A stretch of 63,997 nt of DNA, filler included, from an uncultured bacterium (GTDB taxonomy: Bacteria > DAOPZR01), in the NCBI GenBank assembly GCA_964637655.1. It is 5 parts of 5 records of this genome, joined end to end, with 100 filler letters (N's around TTAATTAATTAA, not from the genome) between each part and the next. Parts side by side here need not be neighbours in the genome. Positions count along the whole stretch, not along the records: positions 28,208 to 42,107 come from CAZWUZ010000071.1; positions 42,208 to 56,041 come from CAZWUZ010000072.1; 3 more parts are not named here. One strand, given 5' to 3'. This document shows, piece after piece, positions 36,737 through 44,942 of this stretch. Every line of letters begins with the position of its first letter. The first letter of the stretch is position 1. The position numbers and the translations under genes were made by a program. The notes below the pieces were generated by a model. It saw only the letters and a list, made by a program, of their open reading frames with translations, did not search any database and was not told where the DNA came from.

Positions 36737-37941
36737 CGCAGCACCGTCTGTGCCTTGAGGGTTTCCAGCGCGGTGGGTCCGACCCCGCTGACCGCGTCCA
36801 CCTGCTCCCACGTGGTAAAGCGCCTGCCCGGCAGCGTCTCGCGCATGGCGACAAGGTTGCGCGCGGCGGTCGACGTGATCCGCGGCAGCGCGTCCATCTG
36901 CTCGACCGTGGCGGTGTTGAGGTTGAGCGGGCCAGCCGGCGTCACGGGTGCGGCTGGGACCGCCGGCACGGGCGGGCGCGGTACCGGCAGCAACGCGGCA
37001 TTGACCATCACCTGCGCCCTGATCTTATCGATCAGCGCCGGGCCCACGCCACTGACCCGGTCGAGGTCGTCGATGCTGCGGAACGGTCCGTTGGCGGCGC
37101 GGTCAGCGACGATTTTCTGCGCCGTCCCCGGCCCGACCCCGGGGAGCGCGTCGAGCTGCGCCGTCGTAGCGGCATTGAGGTCGAGGCGCGCGGCCGGTGC
37201 GCCGGCCGCCCCGGCTGACGGTCGCACGGTACCGACCGTAACCAGCGGGCGGAGCTTTTCGATGGTCGCGTCACCAAACCCGGAAATGTTCTTCAGGTCG
37301 TCGACCGCGGTGAACAGGCGGTCGTCGCGCGTCCCGCCCTGCCCGTCAGGCCCGTCGCGATAGTCAACGATTTTCTGAGCCGCCACGGGCCCGATGCCCG
37401 GCAGGGAGTTGAAATCCTCAACCCCGCCGTTATTGAGGTCGATAACCCCGCCGCTTCCTCCCACCTGCCAGGGGGGAATGCTGGTCGTGTCGCCGCACGT
37501 AACGTACTGTAACAGGCGGGCGAGCTTGGATGGCCCGATGCCCTTGACCATGTCGAGTTCTGCCGCCGGATTGAACAGGTTGTCGTCGGCCGTGCCGAGT
37601 TCACCATCAGGGCCGTTACGGTAGGCGATGATGTCCGCCGCCATGGCCGGCCCGACGCCGCGGATGGTCGCCATCTCCTCGGGGCCGGCGGTGTTGATAT
37701 TGACGATGCCCCCGGGCACCGCCCCGCGTCCACCCTCATCATCGACGCCGGCGGCGGCGAACCCGGTGCCGTCGCCCCCGTCATCTTCATCCGCGTCAGC
37801 AGCCCCGTCGAGCACCACCGTCGGGTCCTGGCTGACCGCGGCGCGCGGCTTGAGGGTGAAGGCGAACAGGCCGCCGATGAGCAGCAACACCTGCAGCACC
37901 AGTATCCCCTTCTGCAGCGGCGAGAAGGAAAAGACCGGCAT
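36733..37941 (-). CDS. membrane-anchored ComEA-like protein with four HhH domains
   Basis: N-terminal TM, four HhH units, two with GPDGxxGTxDD insertions. Confidence 0.88.
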   Translation of the reverse strand: MPVFSFSPLQKGILVLQVLLLIGGLFAFTLKPRAAVSQDPTVVLDGAADADEDDGGDGTGFAAAGVDDEGGRGAVPGGIVNINTAGPEEMATIRGVGPAMAADIIAYRNGPDGELGTADDNLFNPAAELDMVKGIGPSKLARLLQYVTCGDTTSIPPWQVGGSGGVIDLNNGGVEDFNSLPGIGPVAAQKIVDYRDGPDGQGGTRDDRLFTAVDDLKNISGFGDATIEKLRPLVTVGTVRPSAGAAGAPAARLDLNAATTAQLDALPGVGPGTAQKIVADRAANGPFRSIDDLDRVSGVGPALIDKIRAQVMVNAALLPVPRPPVPAVPAAPVTPAGPLNLNTATVEQMDALPRITSTAARNLVAMRETLPGRRFTTWEQVDAVSGVGPTALETLKAQTVLR

Positions 37942-37952
37942 ACTGGCGGGCC

Positions 37953-40900
37953 TCAGAAGGCGACGTCGATGGCGTTGATCATGTCGTCGGACACCGCCAT
38001 GGTGCTGCGGTTTTCCTGCCACGCCATGGTATCGAGTTGCACCCGCTCGCCGTCGGAAGTGACAATGGCCGCGCCGTGCAGGTCGGTGCGCAGGCAATTG
38101 GCAAACCCGAGTTTCGCCACGCAGCGTTCCCAGTTTTCCTTCATGTAGTCGTCGTACGGGCGCGGGTTGTTGCGGTCGCGCTGGTACGAGAAGATGACGT
38201 GCTTCGCCCCGGTACGGGTCAGCAGCAGGTCACACTGCTCGTCCGTCAGCTGCAGCGTCCCGTGATGCGGAAAGACCAGCACGTCCGCCTTGAGTTTCGC
38301 CGCCGGCAGCTGCAGCAGGTCGTCGAGCGCCTCGAGGCCGATGTCCCCCGGCAGCAGAAACGCCGTGTTCCCGTAGGTGACGCGCAGCGACAGCGAGTTG
38401 TTAGCGACCGGGTTATCCTCCCAGAAACGGTTCGGGGCGATGACCTCGATGCGGTAGGGGTGCCCGTCAACAACCGTGTCGACCGGGGTCATCCCCCCCT
38501 TCCCCTGCTGCGCGCGCACGTGCCAGTTGGCGTAGCGGTTGGGCAGGGTCGGCCCGCGCTGCGCCAGCAGTTCGACAAACCCGGGCACGTAGAGGCGCGG
38601 GAAACCGGCCACCACTTCGTCGTAAAGCGTTTCCGTCTCCGCCAGGCCGGCACGGTCGCGCAGCGCCGCGCCGCCGATGGCGGTGAGGAAATCCTCGTAC
38701 GACGTTGCCGGGGTCACCTTCGCCGGGTCGAACGGCAGCAACAGGTTCTCCACATAGGTGTACTGCAGCACACTGTTGAGCCCGCCGAAACATTCGGGGG
38801 CGACCGTCGTCGCCATCATCCAGTCGAGCGTGCGGATGAGTTTCTTGCTCAGCGCGGGAATGACCGTGCGCATGCCGTTGTCGAACCCGGCCCCGAGTTT
38901 GCTGTGCGATCCGCCGTTGATGAGAATGTCGGAGCGGTCGGGCGCCTCGATGAGGATTGACTCGCCGTAGCGCACGGAGAGGGCGGTCAGTTCGAATTCG
39001 CTGCGCGTGTTGACAAAAAACGAGCCGAACCAGACGAGCATCGCCAGGGCCAGCCCCCCCGCGAGGGCATAGAACTTCGCGCGGAAGACCGCGTCGGCGC
39101 GCGCGCGCAGGGCCCAGCCGCGCAGGCGCACCAGAATGGCCTGATGCCAGATGAAGGCAGCGATGACCATAAAGTAGAAAAAGACCATCGACGGCGACCA
39201 TTTTGCCACCTGCGGGTAGGGGAATATCAGCACGCTGAAATGGCCGACCGCGACAAACAGTTTGGCGAGGAAATAGTTGGTCGCGTTGAGCAGCAGCGCG
39301 AGGTAGGTGCCGATATTCCAGAACGGCAGCAGCAGCGAGAGGATGCCGGCGATCATCGCCAGCTGCACGATGATACCGATGAGCGGAATGGCGATGAAGT
39401 TGGCATACGCCCCCGCCAGCGGCCAGCGCCCGAAGTAGAAACTCGAGAGCGGGATCATCATGCCGAACTGGATGCCGAACTGCGCGGCAAAGAAACCCGA
39501 GAGCCAGAGCGGGATGTCGCTGTAGCCGAAGGTGAAGGACGGGAAGCGCGCATTGAGTTTGTGCGCCGCGTAGACGGTGAGCACGAAGAGCACGAGGAAC
39601 GGCATCCAGAAGCGTTCATGCGCGACGAAATGCCAGTGCCAGCAGCCGAGCACCGTCCAGACGGCTATCCCCCCCATAAACGCGACAAAGGTCCACCCCC
39701 GTAGTCGGGCCAGCAGCCGCTGGCAGGGAGTGGTGAGCAGGCCGAGTGAGAGCACGGCGAAGTACGACAGGGTGAGTGACGGCTCGACGATGAGCAGCGG
39801 CTGGAAGATCAGGACGAGGAACCCCGAGAAGGGGATGGTGAAGAGGATACCGGCGCGCAGGCCCTTGCCCATGTAGGTGGTGGCGATGACCGCGATGGAG
39901 TTCATCAGCGCCGCGCGCTGGGTCGACGGGCGGTAGCCGGTGATCACGGCGAAAACGAGCAGGGCGAGGACGATGATCGGGGCGTAGATTTTCGGGGGAA
40001 CGCGCAGCATGGTGAAGATGCCCCAGAACATGATGGTGATGATGGTGACGTGCAGGCCGGAGACCGCGAGCACGTGGTTGATCCCCGCCCACTGAAACTC
40101 CTGCGGAATGGTCTGGTTGGTCCCCGAGGTGAGCACGCGCTGCGCCCCCTCCGGCAGCACCGTCTTCGCCCAGTCGGGGAGGGTCAGGTGCGTCCCGTCG
40201 AACGGCGTCATCGCCCGCTGCAGCCCGTAGCGCAGGCCGAGCGTCACCCCGCCGAGGAACGCGGATTCGGGGTAGGGCATGGTCTGCTTGAAAACACGCA
40301 GCATGCGGTCCTTGACATGGAGCGAGAACTCGACGATGGGCGTGCCGTCGCTCTTTTCCACCACGTCGATGGTCGGCAGTTCGTTGCCATCCTCGAGACG
40401 CAACGTATCGTAGAGGTTCATCGTCCCGTACATGCCGGAATTCTGCAGGAACCGTTTGAAATTGAAACCGCCCGGATTGGTCAGCGGGGCGGGGGCAAGC
40501 ACCGTGCCGCGCAGACGGATTTTCCAGCCGTAGGTCTCAAGCTGGGTGATTTCGCGGTAGTCGGGGTGGCGGTCGCGCAGCGTCGCCTGCAGCGAACCGC
40601 CGCTGACCGGAAACGCGTAGTCGGCACCGACGGGGCGGATGGAGATGACGTCAAGCTGAATGCGGGCACGATCGGCATACAGGTCAGGATCGATGGCGAT
40701 GATCCCCTCGACCTCGTACGGCGGCGCCTGCATATTGTCGGAGGCGAACGACGACAGGTGGTTGGAAACGGCATAGACGGCAAACTCGGCCGGCGATGCC
40801 GTCCGCCCCGCCGCGGTGATCTTCCCGAGTTCGTCGAACGGCTCGTCGACGACGTAGGAGGTGCCGACCGCGTCGGCAGCGGGCACCGCCAGCCGGGCGG

Positions 40901-41321
40901 TAACCGCCCGCCCGTTGCGCTTCCCCGTAAACTGCAATTCAACGTCGCGCTCATGCGCCGTCAGTTTCTGCACGCGCAGGCGGCGCAATTCGTCCAGCCC
41001 GTCGGCCGACACCGGCGCCCAGACCGTCTGCTGCCCGACGTTCAGCGTGCCGAGCAGATCGTCGGCAATGGTAAAATCCTGGTTGTAGCGCAGCGTCCCG
41101 AGCACGAGGGCAAACAGACACATCAGCACATGGACGTAGCCGATGGCGAGACGGGCGCCGCGACGGCGCAGCAGGACGACCGCCAGCCAGGCGAGCCCGA
41201 GCAGCGCGGTGGCAATGCCGTAGTAGAGGTTGGCACTCTGCGACAGGGGGAACATGAACCCGAGCGCCACCCCGATAATGTACATGTAGCAGAAGAGCAT
41301 GACCTTTTCGCGCATTTTCAT
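37953..41321 (-). CDS. comEC: ComEC/Rec2 DNA uptake channel
   Basis: 'TNPGGFNF', competence domain 'GINHVLAVSGLHV', 'PSTQRAALM', C-terminal MBL-like domain with 'PHHG' and 'RTDLHGA'. Confidence 0.9.
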   Translation of the reverse strand: MKMREKVMLFCYMYIIGVALGFMFPLSQSANLYYGIATALLGLAWLAVVLLRRRGARLAIGYVHVLMCLFALVLGTLRYNQDFTIADDLLGTLNVGQQTVWAPVSADGLDELRRLRVQKLTAHERDVELQFTGKRNGRAVTARLAVPAADAVGTSYVVDEPFDELGKITAAGRTASPAEFAVYAVSNHLSSFASDNMQAPPYEVEGIIAIDPDLYADRARIQLDVISIRPVGADYAFPVSGGSLQATLRDRHPDYREITQLETYGWKIRLRGTVLAPAPLTNPGGFNFKRFLQNSGMYGTMNLYDTLRLEDGNELPTIDVVEKSDGTPIVEFSLHVKDRMLRVFKQTMPYPESAFLGGVTLGLRYGLQRAMTPFDGTHLTLPDWAKTVLPEGAQRVLTSGTNQTIPQEFQWAGINHVLAVSGLHVTIITIMFWGIFTMLRVPPKIYAPIIVLALLVFAVITGYRPSTQRAALMNSIAVIATTYMGKGLRAGILFTIPFSGFLVLIFQPLLIVEPSLTLSYFAVLSLGLLTTPCQRLLARLRGWTFVAFMGGIAVWTVLGCWHWHFVAHERFWMPFLVLFVLTVYAAHKLNARFPSFTFGYSDIPLWLSGFFAAQFGIQFGMMIPLSSFYFGRWPLAGAYANFIAIPLIGIIVQLAMIAGILSLLLPFWNIGTYLALLLNATNYFLAKLFVAVGHFSVLIFPYPQVAKWSPSMVFFYFMVIAAFIWHQAILVRLRGWALRARADAVFRAKFYALAGGLALAMLVWFGSFFVNTRSEFELTALSVRYGESILIEAPDRSDILINGGSHSKLGAGFDNGMRTVIPALSKKLIRTLDWMMATTVAPECFGGLNSVLQYTYVENLLLPFDPAKVTPATSYEDFLTAIGGAALRDRAGLAETETLYDEVVAGFPRLYVPGFVELLAQRGPTLPNRYANWHVRAQQGKGGMTPVDTVVDGHPYRIEVIAPNRFWEDNPVANNSLSLRVTYGNTAFLLPGDIGLEALDDLLQLPAAKLKADVLVFPHHGTLQLTDEQCDLLLTRTGAKHVIFSYQRDRNNPRPYDDYMKENWERCVAKLGFANCLRTDLHGAAIVTSDGERVQLDTMAWQENRSTMAVSDDMINAIDVAF

Positions 41322-41373
41322 GCAGCACCTCGTGTCGGGAATGGGCAGACGTTGTGGCGGTTGCTACTGGTTG

Positions 41374-41595
41374 CTACTGGTTGCTGCGGCGCGGCGGCCG
41401 TTCCTGCTGCCGGCGCGGCGCCGCCGCGGGCGCCTGATCGGCATCCCAGTAGGCGTTGATGGTCGGGCAGTAGTCGCGGTTGCTCTCGACATTGTGCTCG
41501 ATGGTGTAGGCATCGTTGAAAACGAGCACGCCGACGCCGATGAGCAGCGACGCGAGCACGGTGAGCATGAGGATCTTCGCCCCGTTCTGGTTCAT
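41374..41595 (-). CDS. small single-TM hypothetical protein
   Basis: 73 aa, GGAGGG RBS, ATGA overlap with the ackA stop. Confidence 0.55.
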   Translation of the reverse strand: MNQNGAKILMLTVLASLLIGVGVLVFNDAYTIEHNVESNRDYCPTINAYWDADQAPAAAPRRQQERPPRRSNQ

Positions 41596-42107
41596 GACTG
41601 CCCCTCCTGTGCACCGAAGACGATGTCGCGCGTATCGCGCGCGATGACCAGTTCCTCATTGGTGGGGATGACCAGCGTGCGCACGCGCGCGCCGTCCGTC
41701 CCGATGTCACCCGGCGCGCCCCCCGCGTAGGCGCGGTTCTTCGCCGCGTCCACCTCGAGTCCGAGGAACCCGAGCCCGGTGCAGCACGCCTCGCGCACCC
41801 GCCAGGCGTTTTCGCCGACCCCGGCGGTAAACACCACCGCGTCGAGTCCGCCGAGCGCGGCAGCATAGGCGCCGATATACTTGCGCACGCGGTAGCAGTA
41901 CACGGTAAACGCCGCCTCGGCGCGCGGGTTGCCCAGGTCCATCTCGCCGATGATGGCGCGCATGTCGCTGCTCACCCCGGAGAGCCCCTGCAGGCCGCTG
42001 TGCTTGTTCATCAGCGTGTTCGCTTCGCTCTGCGTCAGTTCCTCTTTCGCCATCAGGTAGAGGATGATGGCCGGGTCCATGTCGCCGCAGCGCGTCCCCA
42101 TGACCAG
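41592..42107 (-). CDS. ackA: acetate kinase, C-terminal part
   Basis: 'MGTRCGDMDP', 'VFTAGVGEN', 'VIPTNEELVIA'. Confidence 0.95.
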   Translation of the reverse strand: MVMGTRCGDMDPAIILYLMAKEELTQSEANTLMNKHSGLQGLSGVSSDMRAIIGEMDLGNPRAEAAFTVYCYRVRKYIGAYAAALGGLDAVVFTAGVGENAWRVREACCTGLGFLGLEVDAAKNRAYAGGAPGDIGTDGARVRTLVIPTNEELVIARDTRDIVFGAQEGQS

Positions 42108-42207
42108 NNNNNNNNNNNNNNNNNNNNNNNNNNNNNNNNNNNNNNNNNNNNTTAATTAATTAANNNNNNNNNNNNNNNNNNNNNNNNNNNNNNNNNNNNN
42201 NNNNNNN
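42108..42207. other. artificial contig linker
   Basis: N run, TTAATTAATTAA, N run. Confidence 0.98.
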
Positions 42208-42423
42208 TTGCGGCGGGAGGCGTGCGCGCTCACCGGCAGCGCGGCCATCGGCGCGGCGCACGCGGCGGCGGCAGTCGCGGCGCGCCAGTGGACCGAAGTG
42301 GCGGCGTGCATCGCCCGGGCGGGGAGGACCGGCAGCGACCGGTCGCTGGCGGAGGCGGGCGCCATCCTCGGTGAACTCGCGGAATGTGAACGGCAGGCGA
42401 TGGACCTGCTGCGCCGCGTTTAG
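42208..42423 (+). CDS. C-terminal fragment of an unknown protein
   Basis: Open frame from the contig start with host-like codon usage. Confidence 0.4.
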   Translation: MRREACALTGSAAIGAAHAAAAVAARQWTEVAACIARAGRTGSDRSLAEAGAILGELAECERQAMDLLRRV

Positions 42424-42498
42424 CCGGTTGTTGACAAGTGTTTTGCGCGGACTGCAGCCCGCGGCTGCCACGGCATATTTATTTCACACCTGCTTTTA

Positions 42499-43317
42499 TC
42501 AAGCCGGCCGGCGCACTGCTGCCAGCAGGTGGGTGGCGCGCGCCCACAGGTCGCGCTGCCGTTGCAGTTTCTTTTCCAGCGCCAGCAGCCGCTCGCGCTG
42601 TGTCTCGTCGCGCAGCAGCTGCGGGTAGCGGCGCACCGGGAGCACCGTCAGCCCGATCAGGTCGGTCTGCTCCAGTCCCGCGCGCTGCCACAGTGACCCG
42701 ATGCCGTCGGCGGTGAACATGGTCACCGGGAACTGCTCCGCTTTGTCATCGGTCAGCCAGTGCGTCTTCCCGTCGCGCACGAACCGCTCGAGCGCCGCGA
42801 TATCGCCTTCCGTGAAAAAATGCTCGAGCGCGCCGTAGCGGTGGTCGAATGACACCACCGCCCTCCCCCCCGGGACGAGCACGCGCGCCAGTTCCCGCGC
42901 CGCCGCATCCGCTGACGCGCACAGGCAGAACGGGTCGCCCAGCGCGACGGCGAAATGACACGACGCGTCAGGGAGCGCCGCCAGGTTGCAGATATCCGCG
43001 GTCAGAAACTCGCACTGCTTCAGGTTGAGTTCCGCCGCGCGCTGCCGCGCCTTGTCGACCATCTTCACGCTGTGGTCGACGAACGTCACCGCGAACCCCG
43101 ACTTCGCCAGCTTCTGCCCCCATTTCCCCGTGCCGCAGCCGAGGTCGAGCGCGCGCGCCGGACGGTCCGCCGGCAGCAGCGGCTTGATGAATTCCCATAC
43201 CAGTTTGTCGCTGTAGTCCCAGTGCGGGGTGCGGTAGGAATCGTCGTAGCGTCCCGCCACGCGGTCGTGGTAACGCCGTGACGCTTTCCCCCCGTCATGC
43301 TCTTCCCGTCGTGCCAT
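42499..43317 (-). CDS. class I SAM-dependent methyltransferase
   Basis: 'ALDLGCGTG', 'ELARVLVPGG'; GGAGG RBS before ATG 43317. Confidence 0.9.
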   Translation of the reverse strand: MARREEHDGGKASRRYHDRVAGRYDDSYRTPHWDYSDKLVWEFIKPLLPADRPARALDLGCGTGKWGQKLAKSGFAVTFVDHSVKMVDKARQRAAELNLKQCEFLTADICNLAALPDASCHFAVALGDPFCLCASADAAARELARVLVPGGRAVVSFDHRYGALEHFFTEGDIAALERFVRDGKTHWLTDDKAEQFPVTMFTADGIGSLWQRAGLEQTDLIGLTVLPVRRYPQLLRDETQRERLLALEKKLQRQRDLWARATHLLAAVRRPA

Positions 43318-43377
43318 GCCGCACCTCCCTGAATGCTGCAGCATACCTGCCCGGCCCGGCGTCGCGCAACTGCGGCA

Positions 43378-43469
43378 GTTGGCCGGCATGCCTGCCCTCC
43401 TGCCCATGCCGGCACTGCCGCCCTCCGTGGCGTTGGCCGGCATATCTGCCCTCCTGACCATGCCGGCAC
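43378..43469. repeat. two 38-bp palindromic direct repeats in a divergent intergenic region
   Basis: GTTGGCCGGCAT..CTGCCCTCCTG.CCATGCCGGCAC at 43378-43415 and 43432-43469. Confidence 0.75.
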
Positions 43470-43606
43470 GCATCGTTCCCGAGCGCGTCGATTGACTCGC
43501 CTCCTCATAGGCGTGTCCTGCGGACGCTGCCGCCCTCCATGGCGGTTGACGGGGTGGGGAGGGTGCGCTATAGTCGCTGCCATCACTGCGACGGAAAGGG
43601 GGTGGC

Positions 43607-44458
43607 GTGATGCTCGTCGGCCTGCAACGCTGGCATCGCCCTGCCACTCCTGCTGCCGCCGTCCGCCTGCTCGCCCGCGGCGGGAAGCGCATGCTCCCGG
43701 TCGCCGGTGCCACCGCCCTCTTCCGCCGTGACCTGCCGGAAATCACCGACGCGCTCGACCTTACCGCGCTGCCGCTGCATGGCATCACTGCCGCCCGCGG
43801 CGCGCTGCGGGCCGGGGCGGCCGTCACCGTCGGTGACCTGCTCCGTTCGCCGCATACCGTACGCTATGCCGGGGGCGTGCTGCAGCAGTGCGCGCTCGCC
43901 ATCGGCACCACGCTCCACCGCAACGTCATCACCCTGGGCGGCAATTGCGCGCAGTGCTTTTTCTGGTCGGCGCTCCCGGTTGCCGCTCTCGCGCTGGGCG
44001 CGCGCTTCACCGTTGTCTCGCCGCGCGGGACCCGCCGCCTCACCGCGACGGAACTCTTTGCCCGCCCGCCGCAGCAGGTGCTCGGGCGCGCGACGCTCAT
44101 TACGCACCTCGAGTTCCCGCGCCTGCCCGCCGGCAGCCGCGCCCGCTTTCGCAAGGTGGCGCCGAATGCCACCGCCTTTGCCTATGTGCAGGCGGCGGTC
44201 GTCCTGCGTTGCCGGCGCGGCAGCATTGCCGGCGTGCAGGCGGCGCTCGGCGGTCTGCAGGCGCTGCCGCAGCGCTTTCCCGCTATCGAAAAATCATTTG
44301 CCGGCCGGCCGGCGGACGCTGCCGGACTGCAGGCACTGGCGGAGGCGCTCGTCGCTGCCGCGGTCGCCCAGCCGGATATGCGCGTGACCGCCGACTACAA
44401 GCGCGCGCTCATGCGTGCGCTGCTCTGCGACCTGCTGGGCGAGGCGCGTGATGCGTAA
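43607..44458 (+). CDS. xanthine dehydrogenase family FAD-binding subunit
   Basis: 'AGATAL', 'RNVITLGGN', C-terminal 'DMRVTADYKR'. Confidence 0.85.
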   Translation: MMLVGLQRWHRPATPAAAVRLLARGGKRMLPVAGATALFRRDLPEITDALDLTALPLHGITAARGALRAGAAVTVGDLLRSPHTVRYAGGVLQQCALAIGTTLHRNVITLGGNCAQCFFWSALPVAALALGARFTVVSPRGTRRLTATELFARPPQQVLGRATLITHLEFPRLPAGSRARFRKVAPNATAFAYVQAAVVLRCRRGSIAGVQAALGGLQALPQRFPAIEKSFAGRPADAAGLQALAEALVAAAVAQPDMRVTADYKRALMRALLCDLLGEARDA

Positions 44459-44942
44459 GCGCGCCGCCATGCCGTCTGTCGTCACGGTGACGGCGACCGT
44501 CAACGGGACGCCGCGCACGCTCACCTTTGCGCCCAACGCGCTGCTCCTTGATGTGCTGCGCGACCATGGCCTGCTGTCGGTGCGCGCCGGGTGTCGCGAG
44601 CAGGAATGCGGCAGTTGCACGGTGCTGGTTGACGGGGTTCCGGTTGCCGCCTGCGGCTTTCCCGCCGCCCGCCTCGATGGCAAATCCGTGCTCACGGTCG
44701 AGGGACTCGAGCGCAACGGTGAACTCCAGCCGTTGCAGGAATCGTTCCTCGCGGCCGGCGCGGTGCAGTGCGGCTACTGTACGCCCGGCATGCTCCTTGC
44801 CGCGAAAGCACTCCTTGACCGCGTGCCACACCCCGCGGAGGACCAGATCCGCACCGCCCTCGACGGGAATCTCTGCCGCTGCACCGGTTATGCTGCCATC
44901 CTCGCCGCCGTGCAGGCCGCCGCGGAAAAAGCGCGTGACTGA
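44451..44942 (+). CDS. xanthine dehydrogenase family (2Fe-2S) subunit
   Basis: 'GCREQECGSCTV...C', 'QCGYCTPG', 'NLCRCTGY'. Confidence 0.93.
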   Translation: MRKRAAMPSVVTVTATVNGTPRTLTFAPNALLLDVLRDHGLLSVRAGCREQECGSCTVLVDGVPVAACGFPAARLDGKSVLTVEGLERNGELQPLQESFLAAGAVQCGYCTPGMLLAAKALLDRVPHPAEDQIRTALDGNLCRCTGYAAILAAVQAAAEKARD

